DNA from: Lama glama
Lineage: Eukaryota
DNA length: 64,000 nucleotides
NCBI GenBank assembly: GCA_028534125.1
Contig: CM052818.1
Coordinates: forward strand, 28,646,001-28,710,000
Direction of reading: 5' to 3'
Shown: positions 12,938 to 25,821 of the stretch, one piece after another
Numbering within the stretch: the first letter of the stretch is position 1
Layout of the letters: every line of letters begins with the position of its first letter
Made by a program: the position numbers and the translations under genes
The notes under the pieces: model-generated
The model's database searches: none
Seen by the model: only the letters and a program-made list of their open reading frames with translations
What the model was told of the DNA's origin: nothing

Positions 12938-13269
12938 TATATACGGAATCTAAAAAAATAATACAAATGAACTTATTTATAAAACAGAAACAGACTCACA
13001 GATATAGAAAATAAATTTATGGTTACCAAAGGGGAAAGAGGGGAGGGATAAACAAGGAATATGGGATTAACAGATACACATTACTATACATAAAACAGAT
13101 AAACAACAAGGGTTTTCTGTATAGCACAGGGAACTATATTTAACATCTTGTTATAACCTATAACGGAAAAGAATCTGAAAAAGAATATATGTATGTATGT
13201 ATACAACTAAACCACTTTGCTGTACACCTGAAAGTAACACAATATTGTAAATTTACTATAACAAAAAAA
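12938..13269 (+). mobile_element. 5'-truncated L1 (3'UTR only)
   Basis: aaacagaaacagactcacagatatagaaa...tatagcacagggaactatatt...gctgtacacctgaaa. Probable TSD aagaagtt/aaaaagtt. Confidence 0.92.
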
Positions 13270-16200
13270 GTTCAAATGCAAGATGTAAACATTAACAAAA
13301 GCCAAACTATGTATAAACATGGTAAGAGGCTTTCTCAGCTTTCCCATACGACATCCCTGTCCTTATCCTTCACCCGTCTGCCCATCATGTTACTACTCAT
13401 CCAGCAAGGAAGGACAGTGTTCCAAAACATGGAAAACATCAGGGAACTCATGAGTTAATTCTCCCAAGTGTTATAAGCAACCATCCTCACCTGCACCCCC
13501 TCCCCCACACACACACTCTTACAGCACCATTAATTTCCTTGGACTTGTTACATGCCCACAGCATCCTACCCTATCCTTGCATGAGAAAAGCATGTCTCTG
13601 ATACATGCTCACTGATATTGATGACCAAAGATGGCAAACCACGGCCAAATAGTGCCATAAGCTAGGGTCATATAATAAGAAGGGTCATATCAATAAAAAA
13701 AAAGTGTAATTGCCTTGCTCAAATGATGAAGGAGATAAAGGAAGTATTCCTCATCCAAGTATCTAGCACTAATTTTTAAACTAGCTTGGTTTTAGTATAT
13801 TCTGTTTCTCTTTGTCCTTACCATTAATAACAAGGAAAATCCTCTGTAAAATAAAAAATAAACTAAATTTGATCAGATATGTTCCTCTATATGAGATTCC
13901 TTTATCTTCACAGGTGCTACTGTGTAACTCAGACTACCCCAGAGGTTAAAATGTGAGGAGAGATGACCAGTTCAATGAGCCTATTAAGACCTAACTTCTA
14001 AGGTCATTTTTGAGTACCTGAGACAACAGGTACTGGAAAGACTTGATTCCTTAGAGTTGATAAAACAGCAATTTAGCTAGAAGTCATTTTGATGGTTTTG
14101 ATTTTATGTCACTTTGACCTGCTGGATCTCCTGTTTAGTCTCTTTTCCCTGGCTGGAAAGCTTTAGTGGGAGTTTCCTGAAATTATTGCACTTTTTGCCT
14201 CAATTTCAAGATATGCTATCTCCCTTTCAATTTTCTGGCTGTAAACTTGATCAACTTGCCACCATCATCACTATTCTATTCTTATGTCTACTTTAGTTTC
14301 TTTACCAATAAGGTCTTATTTCAGTAGAGACAAATTGGTCCAGAAGGAATTCATAAAACCTGGAGAGAAATGCCCTAACTTGGTTCAGAAATGCCACAAT
14401 GTGGGAACAAGCCCTTGTTGCAGTGAAAAGCCATTTAGTGGGAACTAAATGGCAGTTCTAGAGATTTGGTGGACCTAAAAGATTTTGATTCAGAATGACA
14501 AAGACTTCTCTCCCAGAACATAGCAGACTGCACACTTAAAAACAAGGCTCCTTGTATTCTGATATACCTGAGGGGATTTTTCTTTACTATACTGTAAGTA
14601 TCTAAGGAAACTGACTTCGAACAGCTTTAGGACAATTGAGAGGGATTTCATACAGCTCCCTAGGCCTCTAAACCTTAAAATTAAATGACTGGAAAGAGTA
14701 TCAGGAATTCACATAGACCCGACCTCAAGTCTTATAAAAGAATAGGGCATCTTTTAACCAAAATGTCTATGAAAGTTCAAAGATTAATTTAAAAGGTATC
14801 TTTCAGGAAAGAAAAATAGAGGAAGGAAGAAAAGAAAAAAAGGAAAGAGGTAAGAAAGGACAACCTAAAACTTTTCTGAGTGTATTTTTAATATGGAAGA
14901 TTTTTAATATCTTCTTTATATTTTTTCCTCATTTTAATTTTCTCCATTATAGTTTCCATAAGAAGCATATAAAATTATCAGGTAATAATATGGCACTCAA
15001 TGCTTATTATTACTTTGTTTTTATTTTGTTATTTTTTATCTGTTTTATCCCACTTATTCTCTCCTGTCTCTGCTCTAATTTCTTTCTAGTTTCCATTCCT
15101 CTCTTTCAAAAAGCACACATTTTCATCCTTGCTTGTGACAGAAAAAAGATGAGCACCTCTCACTAAATGATGTTAATAAAAAACAAAATGGAGAAATTAA
15201 AAAATTTTTAAATCATTAAAAAACAAACATTCCCTACATATTGCACCTCAAAATTCTCTCCTTAGCACATGGAGGTGGGGAAGTGGTTTAACCACAGTGT
15301 CACTGACTGATGGGGTACTAGAGTCAGTTTTTAGCAAGATTCACCAGCTCCTGGTTTTTTTCTGCCATGAATACTCCTGAGCATGTCTCACAGACACTGC
15401 AGCCCTGCTGTGAAGACTCATTCAGTTCCATTCCCCAAGCCTCTCTGAAGATCACTCTAATGTCCAATATGGGTCTGTGCCAGGCAGGAGGTTATTTCAT
15501 GAAAATCAGCCAAGATTTCTTTTATTTCCTTTCATCACTTGACTCCCAGTTGAGCCTCTGGTGGGAAATTTTTGAGATTACCATCCAGTATCTATAGCTC
15601 AAGAAGGAAAATTGTACTCTGTAACTGAAAGTTTCATCTCAACTTTAGACTGGAAATTTAACACAGAGAATATCTGAAAGTCAGAAGCAAAAAATTGGGA
15701 TATGGGGAATCTTTGTCATTTACATACCCTAAACATACGGCAGGCTCTAGAGATGCCAACTACAGTCACTCTTAATTAAAAAATTAGATGGTAGACATAC
15801 AGAAATACAAAGGCTTTCCTCTAAGCTCTTTTACATTATTGCAACCTTTCCATTTGTCTACCAAAGAAATAGTTTTTAAAAGGGGGAAGGGCAGCAAAAG
15901 CCCAGATATTGGAGAGCTGTTTTTCTTGATTTAATATCATATAAAAACTCTATATGAAAGATTCATATAAAGTTTGAAATCTGAGAGGACAATGGTGGTT
16001 TCATCTCACTACACCAAGGTCAGTATATACAAATTTAGAACACATTAATTTTCAATCTATCATAATTTGCATATTGTTGAAATTATTCTTTCATTGTTCA
16101 AACAAACTGGATTCACAAAGAAAATATATCATATATGGAGAATCTATAACCATTTTATAAAATAAACCACTTTCAGTCATTTTTACATATACTTTCAAAC

Positions 16201-16429
16201 ATGTTAATAATAAATCCGTTAAGATATATTGATTAAAGTGGAACCTCTAACCAGAAAGCATTTTCCTAGTATGGTTTATATCGATTGTACTAATTAACAC
16301 AGAATATTTCTAATAAAATACCCCTCAATTGAACAAAATTCACAGATTTATATAATTTTTCCTCCCAATTAGGACTTAATAGTTTTCCTTGTAATTCATG
16401 GGACCTTGTAACTCTATTACATAACGTCT

Positions 16430-17470
16430 TCCAAAAATTTTGGAAAATTACAGTCTCTGCAAGTATTTCTTTCGCCATATATCTACTTTCCTCTCTTCTT
16501 CAATAACAAGTAAACGTATGTGAAACCTTCTTACTGTATCCTCTGGATCTTTGTTTCTTCAGCTTCATTCTGGATGGTTTCTTTTGAACTATTTTCTGAT
16601 TTATGAATTCGCTCCTTATCTGTTTAATCTGTCTTTAAATCTATCTTCTACGTTCTTAACTTTGGTTACTGAATTTTTCAGTTTTAGAATTTCTAGTCAG
16701 TTCTTTTCTTTAAAATCACAATATTAAGTTAGTTTCCAAATCATTGATAGTATTTTTTAAGTTCAGCTTTTATTTCCATGGGCATAGTGAACATATTATA
16801 TTACTTTTTCCCCAATCTGAGCATAATATTTCTACTCTGACAATACCCATGGGTCTTTGTTATTTACTGTTTGTAGTGCTTCTTTGTATTGCCTTCTCTC
16901 CCTGTGCCCCCTGTGAGCTTTGTTGCCAGACAGCATTTGAAAATAAATAATTTGAGGCTCAAGATGATGTTATTATCTTCCAGAGAGAACTTTCATTTGC
17001 TTTTATAGGTGCCTGGATGTTCTAGTTTTCCAGGTTCACCTTCACCCAGTTTTTCTGAACCATCTAAATGACTTGACAGCGGGCTACAATCTGTTCTGAG
17101 ACTGACTTCTGACTCAAAATTATTCCTATATTTGGATCTCAGATTTAAGTCATGGAAGTTCATCCAGGTACCTCACTTTTGGCAAGCACTGAACTCCAAT
17201 TTTTGTCTCTGAAGTCCTGAAACTCTGTCAAAGACCTTCTCAGCTCCTCCTCCAGATTAGTAAACGGTCCTGGGACAAAGAACTGCCAAATTCCAGGCTC
17301 ATCTCTTTGAATTCTTTCTTCCCTTACATTTTGGTACAGTTATTCCTCACTACCTTGTTAATGATTTGATACTTAAAAAGTTTTTCTTTAGTTCACCTAT
17401 ATTTTTAAATTATAATCAGCAAGAGGGTTGGTTCAAATATCTCAGTCTGGCATTACCATAAACTGAAGTG
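16430..17470 (-). mobile_element. Ancient L1 5'/ORF1 region (L1ME/HAL1-like)
   Basis: T-rich antisense ORF1-like text (ttggaaaatt...tatttctt...cttcattctggatggtttctt) ending at a HAL1/L1ME-like 5' start (ctcagtctggcattacc). Confidence 0.65.
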
Positions 17471-18259
17471 TTTTTCTAATTACTCTTAACTAGGGAGTTT
17501 TTAGAACATACCAAATGATGGTACTGATATGCATATGTACTCATGTTATTAGTTTCACTGGGAATAGAGGCAGGGTAAATCCAACTGGAAATTTTTCCAT
17601 CAATTCCAAATCTGTGCCATCTGCTCTCACAGCTAAATGACCAAATAACTCTGTGTAATGATTTACCTATACTCCAAAAAAGGATTTATAGAATGTTCTA
17701 CCTTCAAAAGAGAGAATGAATAAAAATAAAGTTATCAGCTAGTACATTAGAAATAGAAGTAGACTACACAGGTAATTTTAAGAAGAAAACCTTGTAAAAA
17801 TTGAGGATAAGAGTAATGGTCTAACAAAACCTATATACTACAGTAAATTATAGTTTGAAGACACTTCTGGGTATGATAAAACTGCTATGATCAAGTTCAG
17901 ATGATTCTCATGATTAACAGCAATACATATTTGTGTCTTTATTATATATGTGTATAAAGAATGAAGTGCGAGATGGATGAATAGAATAATAGGGAACTGA
18001 CACATGGTAGTCTGGCCTCCAATTTGACACAAACAGAAAACTCACTCAGGCAACCAACTGCTCAGGACAAGCAAAGAGTAAACAGGAGGGAGATTTAGTC
18101 TCAAAACTACTGAGTTCAACAAACAGAATCAATATGCCTAAATTCTAAATATTAGGGAAATAGAGATTTCACCATAAGGAAGGGACAAATAGGAAAGTGT
18201 CGGTGTAAGTCCTAGGAAAATTAGATCAGGGAGATCTGAGAACATCTACAAACTTTAGA

Positions 18260-19020
18260 AAATCAATAAATCCACATATTTTTTGAGTACCAGCTGTGTG
18301 CACGTTCACTGTATTCAGCAATAAAACACTGGTTACTGATATTTTAAAAAAGCCAGTCATTCATAAAATATTTATTGATGGTCTACTGTGTGCCTAGCAA
18401 CTGAGTTATAACTAGTGAGCCAAACAGATTAATAGCCCTCCCTCCTAGCATTTACTTTCTTGCAAGGGGAGATAGGAAAAGTGAAATGATTGCAATAAAT
18501 GGATATATTATGAGTATGTTTGAAAAAAGTCAGAGCAAGTTGGAACTAGATCTGCTTCTTGGAAAAAGTGACATTTAGATATTGGAACAAGGGCCCCCCA
18601 GGAGGCAGGAAGTTAGTCATACAAGTACCTGTGAGTCTTCAGAACAGAGGCAACTGTCCCCTAACTCAAAGGCCCTAATGTGACAACCTGTCTGACATGT
18701 CAGAGAAATGGGAAGGGAGTGAGTGTGGATGGAATGGAGTATACAAAGAAAAAGGTAGTGGAAGATAAGATCATAAAGTATCTAGACACCTAAACATGTA
18801 AAGCCTTGTAGGCTTTGAACCTGAATGAAATGGAGCACCACTGTGAGATATTTAAACAGAAAAGTGACATCATCTCATATTTTAACAAGATTACTTCATT
18901 AGTAGATTAAAATAGATTGGGAGGGGCAAGGGAAGACACAAAGACACCTGTGAGGAATCCAGGTGAGGGATGATGGTAAAATGGAAGCAGCTGGGGAGGT
19001 TACTGGAAGAGTAATTCTGT
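18260..19020 (-). mobile_element. L2 fragments
   Basis: cattcataaaatatttattga...ctactgtgtgcc and caaaggccct...gccttgtaggc...gtgacat...atccaggtgagggatgatgg match antisense L2. Confidence 0.85.
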
Positions 19021-19624
19021 AATGCACATAAAATTTGTTTTCTATCTCTAGGTAAGAATATAGGTATCCCCAGCCAGACATATCCATACCTACCTAAACA
19101 CAAGTATCTATAGAAGCTCCCCAAATTAAGGTAGTTTGATACAATCTATGTCATGCCTAGATTCCGAAATTCAGATTTTTAACAAAAATCAATTGCTTTA
19201 GAATGATGACCACCACACATTATGAATAAATTTTCATGTGATGAATAGTTAAATTCAATTTCTTGGCAATTATAGACCTGCATTTTAAACACAAGTTTTA
19301 ACTTTGATCATCAATAGCTCTTCATCCAGATTAGGTGGTGGATGGCCTGAAACTGGGGGTGCAGAGGCCAGTGTTTAAAACGTGATGAACTAACGCATTC
19401 TGCTCTTTTTCACTCATTTATTTATCTGTCTTTATATTTCTTCCCACAGACGTTGTATGGTCCTTATAAGTTTCATCTGCAGCCATGTGTGTACTCCAAT
19501 TTTATTTCCATTTATGCTATTCTCTTTGACAATTCTATGAAAGTTTTATTCTTATGTAGCTCAATATATTCTTACTCAAAAATTAGCCTCCCTGTGATTT
19601 TTCTGCATCTGTGGTAAAGAGAGA

Positions 19625-19860
19625 AGAGTCAGGCTAAGGAAACAGGCAGAATCTCTTTTCTGTCATGTACTGTGTAATCTTGTGGTTCTTGTAAGCTCCC
19701 AGTCATTTCATCCCTGACATGAGGAGTAGCTCATAAAGTTTTTGTGAGGATTACAGAATCTGGGGCATTATTTTAAGCACTATGTAATGTGATGAATAGA
19801 GATATTTTAACCAAAGTCCTTGGAACAAATAAGCCCTCAATTGGTAACCACTGTAATTTA
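19625..19860 (+). mobile_element. MIR SINE
   Basis: gagtcagg...ctgtgtaatcttg...cagtcatttcatcc...tgtgaggatt. Confidence 0.6.
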
Positions 19861-19862
19861 TT

Positions 19863-19939
19863 GTTGATGTTTTATTACTTATTAATATTTATTTATTTAA
19901 TATTAATAGATACATATTAATAAGTAATAAAACATCAAC
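19863..19939. repeat. Perfect 26-bp inverted repeat with 25-bp spacer
   Basis: gttgatgttttattacttattaatat (19863-19888) and its exact reverse complement atattaataagtaataaaacatcaac (19914-19939). Confidence 0.95.
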
Positions 19940-20120
19940 TTTCCTCTTTCTACTAAAAGGAAAGCTCATTAAAGACAGAGGTTTTTGTCTGTTTTACTTT
20001 CTAATACATTCCTAGTGCCTAAAACAATGAGTGGCACATAAAAGGTACTCAACAGTTACTGAAAAGAATGCAGGGAAGATTAAGCAATCAAGAAAAAAAA
20101 AGTTACTGAATAAATAAAGA
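19940..20120 (+). mobile_element. L2 3' end (with small insertion)
   Basis: ctactaaaaggaaagctc...ttttgtctgttt...cctagtgcctaaaaca...tggcacata...gtactcaa. Confidence 0.8.
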
Positions 20121-20429
20121 CTTAATAGCTGAATCACTTTTATTTCTTTCAGATGCATTTATAAAATGCATATTACAGGCTTTATCATCAACTTGCCATA
20201 ACTGAGTATTCTAACTTTTTTTTGCTAATACATAAGGTAAAAATTAATAATTTATTTAATTTTTGATTACTAATAAAGTCATTTATTATAAAAAAAACTT
20301 TCTTGAGGGATAAACCTAGGTATTAAAGAAGGTGAGGTCATGAATAAGTTGAAATATGATTATATTCCAAATGGGAGAAATATCTTCACATAAAATAAAA
20401 TACAATTATTTTAAATATTTCCCATCTTC

Positions 20430-20753
20430 TCTTTAGAGTAAAATTCTTTGGCACTCTCTCTTCTTTTCTCAATTTCAGGTGATGAACCAGTCTTGCATCT
20501 TATGGAGAACACAGATGAAATCCATGTCTCTTGTGTCACGTCTCCCACTCTCCTGCATTTACATCCATACTTCCCACCTTGCCATCTGCTTTTAAAATGG
20601 ATGAAGCATCTCTGGTCCTATCAAAGGTCAGCATAACCATTTGTGATCTAGATTTCCATCTCTTCTTCCTAACAAGACTTTCTCTCCTAAAATTATCCCT
20701 CTTTCTTTAATTATTGGTTTCTTTCTCTCTACTCTGTCATCAACACACTAAAT
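20430..20753 (+). mobile_element. L2 fragment upstream of the LTR insertion
   Basis: Pyrimidine-rich L2-like text (ccatttgtgatctagatttccatctcttc...aattatccctctttc). Confidence 0.55.
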
Positions 20754-21829
20754 TGTATACAGGGGTAATATGTTAACTATAATTAGTGAACCTTTAGATT
20801 TTGCCTTTTTTAGTACAAGACTTTCCTCCTAGTTGGTCTTAAGAATTCTTCAGTCTGAAGGATAAAATGAAGAATTAAAACCCTTTACCTTCCATTTTTG
20901 TAGTCAGAGAGGACATAGAGAATTAAAATTTAAATAAAGAACATCAAGGCAGAACGAGAGGGGATGTGTACTAAAGCTTGTATCTTGGTTCCAGAGAGAG
21001 GGAAGATGCCACATGTAAGTGTCTAAATATTTCTCTCTCTGGCTTTGGTGGAGTACAGAATGTATACGTATTGGATAATGAAGGTATCACCAACAGCAGT
21101 GGCTGTTCTGCATTTATGACTCAAGAAAGAGACTAATTCTCTCACTACTGGCTCTCTGAACCAAACCAAAACATAATTTTACCAATTTGGGGGTAAAATG
21201 TGGTTAGTCAGAGGATAACCTAGATGTTTAAATATCTAGATGTGCCCTCAGCATGTGGGTGCATAGATTTTATGTTGACTTCCTGGGGCCTGCCGTGCCT
21301 AATAAAATGACTTTGTAGCATTGGCTGGTCTCTTGCACTGAACCAGAGAGTAGGATACAAGGCATGACAAGGACTCTGGAAGAGATTGGATGCTGAGAAA
21401 GCCAGGGAGAATCCTTAGGCTTTAATTAGACATGACAGTGAGTAGACCATGAGTTAGGGCAGGCATGGACTTCAGCATTAAATACCTGGAATAAAAGACA
21501 TCAACTCAGAGAGGAGAGGATCACACAGGATCTGAGTACTTTCCCTTCACCTCAAGGATGCAAAGGCAAAATCCTCTTCCCATACACAAGAGACAGAAGC
21601 CATGTTAGAGAGAAGCTGGGGGAGGCAAGTTGAAAACTTGATCACTTCTTTCCTAGAAATCTTTTTAAGGATCATTTAAATCAAATTGGATTAAACTTTA
21701 ACCTGGGAAGAACACTTGTTTAACTTTTTTCTCTCCTAGCCAGCAGGTGGCAGCTAAGAGAAGACAAGCACAGCAGTAGACAAAGCAAAACCATTTATTT
21801 TCTGCACATCAAAACTAGAGTGTGTTACA
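20754..21829 (+). mobile_element. Ancient solo LTR, MamGypLTR-like, inserted in L2
   Basis: ~1.1-kb purine-rich block bounded by TG(tatac)...(gtgtgtta)CA inside pyrimidine-rich L2. The 3' ttattttctgcacatc resembles recalled MamGypLTR ends. Confidence 0.55.
21740..21753 (+). promoter_or_regulatory. CTCF core motif (sequence match only)
   Basis: CCAGCAGGTGGCAG fits CCASYAGRKGGCRS at all 14 positions. Confidence 0.45.
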
Positions 21830-22720
21830 TAGTATGATCCTATCTGGTTTTTGTTTGTTTAATAATAACTCCAATTATCTCATCAGCTACAACCCCATTT
21901 CTTTTATCTCCAAATTTGTTGAACTAATTTTTTTTCTGCTAAAGCCATTTTCCTCTGCTTCCATTCTCTCTTCAGCTCCATTCTAATTGCTCATCCCTCC
22001 TCATCATATCACTAAAATCCTTCTTGTCAAGATGACCAATGAGCTGCAAATTGCCAGGACCAATGGGCATTCCTCTGCCCTCACTTTACCAATCTCTCAG
22101 CAGCATTTGGAACAGCTGACCACTTAGTCTCTCTAAAATAACTTATTCTGGATTTTAATATTCCCTAATCTCTTCCACCCCATTGGATGCTACTTCTCAA
22201 TTCCTTTCACTCAGTATTTAACCCAGTCATCTTTTCCACACTCTTCCCATGCGACCTTCTCGAAGTCCACAGCATTTTTAACATACTATCTATACAGCAA
22301 TGACTCCCATCTCTCCCCAGGGATTCCACTGCCATAGAGTCAACAATCACCTAGACATCTGCAAGTGAACATATATTAAGCATTTTGAAATTTAATAAGT
22401 ATCTTGACACATACTCCCCCAAATCCTTCCTGCCTGTCATCTTAGGAAACAATAATACAATTTGAACAATTGTGTTAAAAACTTAGACATTATGCTTGAC
22501 TGTGCTTTTTCCCCTCACATCCCATATGCAACTCATCAGCAAATTCTTTGGCTCAACTTTTCCAAACCTATACACTTATTTCCGTCTCTAAGACCACATC
22601 TCCCACTCCTCATTAGTTCTCACCAAGACTAACCCATGAAGCACTGAACTGATCTGTCTTTGTTCCCTCTTTGTTCCATATTCATAATAGACACAGTAAC
22701 TTTGTGACTTTTTAAAAAAT
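21830..22720 (+). mobile_element. L2 ORF2/3' region
   Basis: cttgtcaagatgaccaatga...ctctcagcagcatttggaacagctgaccac is a decayed version of the L2 RT motif LSAAFDTVDH. Confidence 0.85.
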
Positions 22721-24274
22721 ATTTATGGAACAGTAATATAGCTATAGGAATGTTTGGTATTGAATAAATAAACTGTCAGTTGTAGAAGGTAGTTTGATTA
22801 TCTTGCTTTCATGGTGAAAGCCTACTGTAGAGTAGCCATCTGTACTTTAACAAGTGTGTGAGGTTTGCACTTCCTCAAAAGCAAATACCTATGTATAAAA
22901 TCAGGCTCACACATGGATTATTTCTTTGAGTACAAGAAAACTGAGAACAATTTTAAGCAAAAGGTGTCCTCTAGAAGAAATATACAGATTGAGAGAGACA
23001 CACAGCAGAATGAGAAAAAGGAAAATGATAGAGTATGCTATAAGCACAGTGAATGTTCAACAACTATTTGTTGTTTATGATGAAAAGGATTTCTAATGGG
23101 ATCAATGCCATGCCTGATACTGGCATTTTTTTCTAATTTTTCCAGAGTTAACAGAAATAAAGGAGACATCGAAAGCAAAGTTTGCATGAATTCTGTTGAG
23201 CTGAAGAGGGTAGATGGACATCTCTTTAGAAAAATGACAAAAGCCCTGGTCATCCATCTCACGAATGTATACCATTAATCCAACGGAGACAGTGAGAAAG
23301 AGCATGAATCAAACCAAATCTGAGGTAAAGTAGGAAGAGTGCTAGGCTGGGAGTTACAGAATCTGAGTACCAGAGACAAATCTTATTAATGGGCAGTGTC
23401 ACCTTGAGTGAGTCTTTAAGCCTCTAGCTGCTTAGAAGGTAACTGGACTAAATCAACTTCAAGGTCCTACTTTGTACCTTCTAGAATTTATAATTCTTTT
23501 ATCTTGTTATTGAAAGCCAACAGATGCTACTGATTACAGAAGATTAGTACAGTTACCCTCACATACAAAGAAGACATAATGCCTGTAGATTATGTGGGAG
23601 AGCTAGCCAATGGAGTTGTTCCCTCACAGCATATTCTGAATTGCTGACTGACTACTACAACTCTAAAGTTCTCACTTAAATGAATTTATGCTTCTGAAAC
23701 TTACCAGGGGTCCTTTGCTTGAGGACAAAGAGAGGTCAATTCTTCACTGTAGAGCTATCTGAAATAAGAAGTCGGAAAAGTTACTGTACGGCATAAAATG
23801 TCTTAGGTATGTATGTCATATATAAAATCCAGAGTATAGAATTATTGAATTGTATGTTTTTAAAAAATGCATCAGAATACATAAAGATTGGCAATTTTAA
23901 AGTACCTGAGGTTATATGATAGATTAGATTTGCTATGGTTTAAAATAATATATATTTTTTTAAATACAAGATTCATTTTACTCAAAAAAGAAAAAAAATA
24001 ATATCTTAGGCAAGCATTTGGCTCACAATTTGAGTATCAGCTTAAATTAAGGCTTACAGCTCTGCAAGACAGTGGAGTTCTCTGAACAACTGAAACGTAG
24101 ACTCTGTAAAAGTATGTTATTCGTGGAACACTTTGCAGAGAAGTACGATAAGCTAAAGAAGTATCCCAGTTAAACAAACAGTGAAGTGGTAGGCACATGA
24201 TAGCAAAAAGTAGAATCATTTAGAAGGAAAAACTATCCTCATTAAAGTGAGGCCCTTGGATAACATGGTAAATA

Positions 24275-24540
24275 ACAAAAATTAAGATAGTTGTTATTGA
24301 CTCAGTGCTTCCTACATGCCAGGCCCTGTACTAGGTGATTTACATTCCCCATTTCATTTCATCTTCACAGTAAATCTAGCAGTTCTGCAATATTATTCCC
24401 ATTTTGCAGTTGAGCAAACTGAAGCTTAAAAAGATGAGGCAGTTTTCAATGTTGACAAAAATGGTATGAGATAGAACAAAGAGTAAAACTCAGGTTCATC
24501 CAAATCCAATGCTGTTTCAGTTACTTTAAGCTACCTAACT
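24275..24540 (-). mobile_element. MIR SINE
   Basis: tattattcccattttgcagttgagcaaactgaagctt is the antisense MIR core. Confidence 0.8.
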
Positions 24541-25044
24541 GATTGAAAAACATCATTATTCTGAGAAGAAGCTGTATAGAAGAAACAAGTGAAAGATAGT
24601 TACAGAACAAACCACAGGTTTTTATTAAAAAAAAAAATACTTGAAGCCACAGTGGTTTATGATGACTTAAGAAACTCACTGCTTCTGTAGTACTGGAGAA
24701 TCAGATTTCAACCTTTTTATCTGAATGAAAGCAAGCACTCATATATAAATTCCAAACTACCAAATAAGCAAAGGAAATGGTTTGGGATACATTTTTGTAT
24801 TTAATAAAAGCCTGGATATATTTGATTTGAAATTTCAAACACTATCCACCTTATCAAAGTACAGCTTTATACATTTTATTAGAATGCCAAGTACTACTTT
24901 AAACACTTTAAACAAACAAACAGAAATTTGTTGAACTCAAACCTAAGTTGGAAAACAGTTTTTTTGACTGCTGTGCATAAACTCTAATTTGTTAATGAAA
25001 TGTTTAGTCATTTTAAAAATTGATAAAATGCTACTAAAATTACC

Positions 25045-25400
25045 TGTTGATAAGAAAAATGAGTTTATTGCTTATTGCAGCAAGGGAGATCACTATCTTG
25101 ACAATTTGAATAGCATTTCAGAGGAAGAACAGCAAAACTGGGGTATCTGTGAGATTTGGGGGCCTGGTTTAAAGCAATGTATTTAATTAGCGTTGGATAA
25201 ACTTCATGATATAATAGTTTAGGGTTGATGTACACAGCAAGCTAAGGTTTTAAGGAGTTCTAAAGGGAGTCTCGAGAAGCACTCTCTTCATTCTATCTAT
25301 TATAATTGAAAAATCTGATATTCATTAATCTCTGCATAATTTGGGGGAAAATTCAAACAGTATTTTTCCATAAAGTGTGACTGAGAAACTGTATGTTCAA
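25045..25400 (-). mobile_element. Probable old LTR fragment
   Basis: tgttgataagaaaaatgagtttattgcttattgcagcaagggaga resembles the antisense U5/poly(A) end of an LTR. Confidence 0.4.
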
Positions 25401-25821
25401 GGAAGTTTCCATTAAATTATGTTCATTAATATTAATAATTGCTATTATTGACTGACATTTTTATGATATTTAAATAAATATGATTCTCACTTTGGTATTT
25501 TCATCTAAAAATACCATCTTATGACACAGAAAAGGGCCCTTCCTTCTATGAGCAAATACTTAATTCACCAATTTTTATCCTATCAATGATGTTAGTAAAA
25601 TAATGTCCTCTACTATTGAACTGGTAAAAGGAGAAAAGACATAATTTAATAAATCACATCAGATAAACTGGATAAATTTACCTTCAGTTAACTTCCAAAC
25701 TCAGTAGAAAACAAGTTTAAATTGTTAATGTAGTAAGAACTATGAAAGATACATAACACAGCAGAGGTAAAAACAGACAAACAAAAATCACCCAAAAAAA
25801 AGAATTATTAGTTCTTACTAC

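Noticed and set aside
14430..14453. 10-bp perfect hairpin with GGGA loop (gccatttagt-ggga-actaaatggc)
   Set aside because: About one such stem is expected by chance in 64 kb; no supporting context.
15945..15975. 14-bp stem with one mismatch
   Set aside because: AT-rich and short; compatible with chance.
19382..19612. C-box-like gtgatga and a strong plus-strand acceptor at 19449
   Set aside because: No D box at snoRNA distance, no convincing donor, and no recognisable peptide.
23146..23324. Plus-strand exon-like segment (tttttccag...GAG|gtaaag)
   Set aside because: Stops in all frames, moderate donor and no other support.
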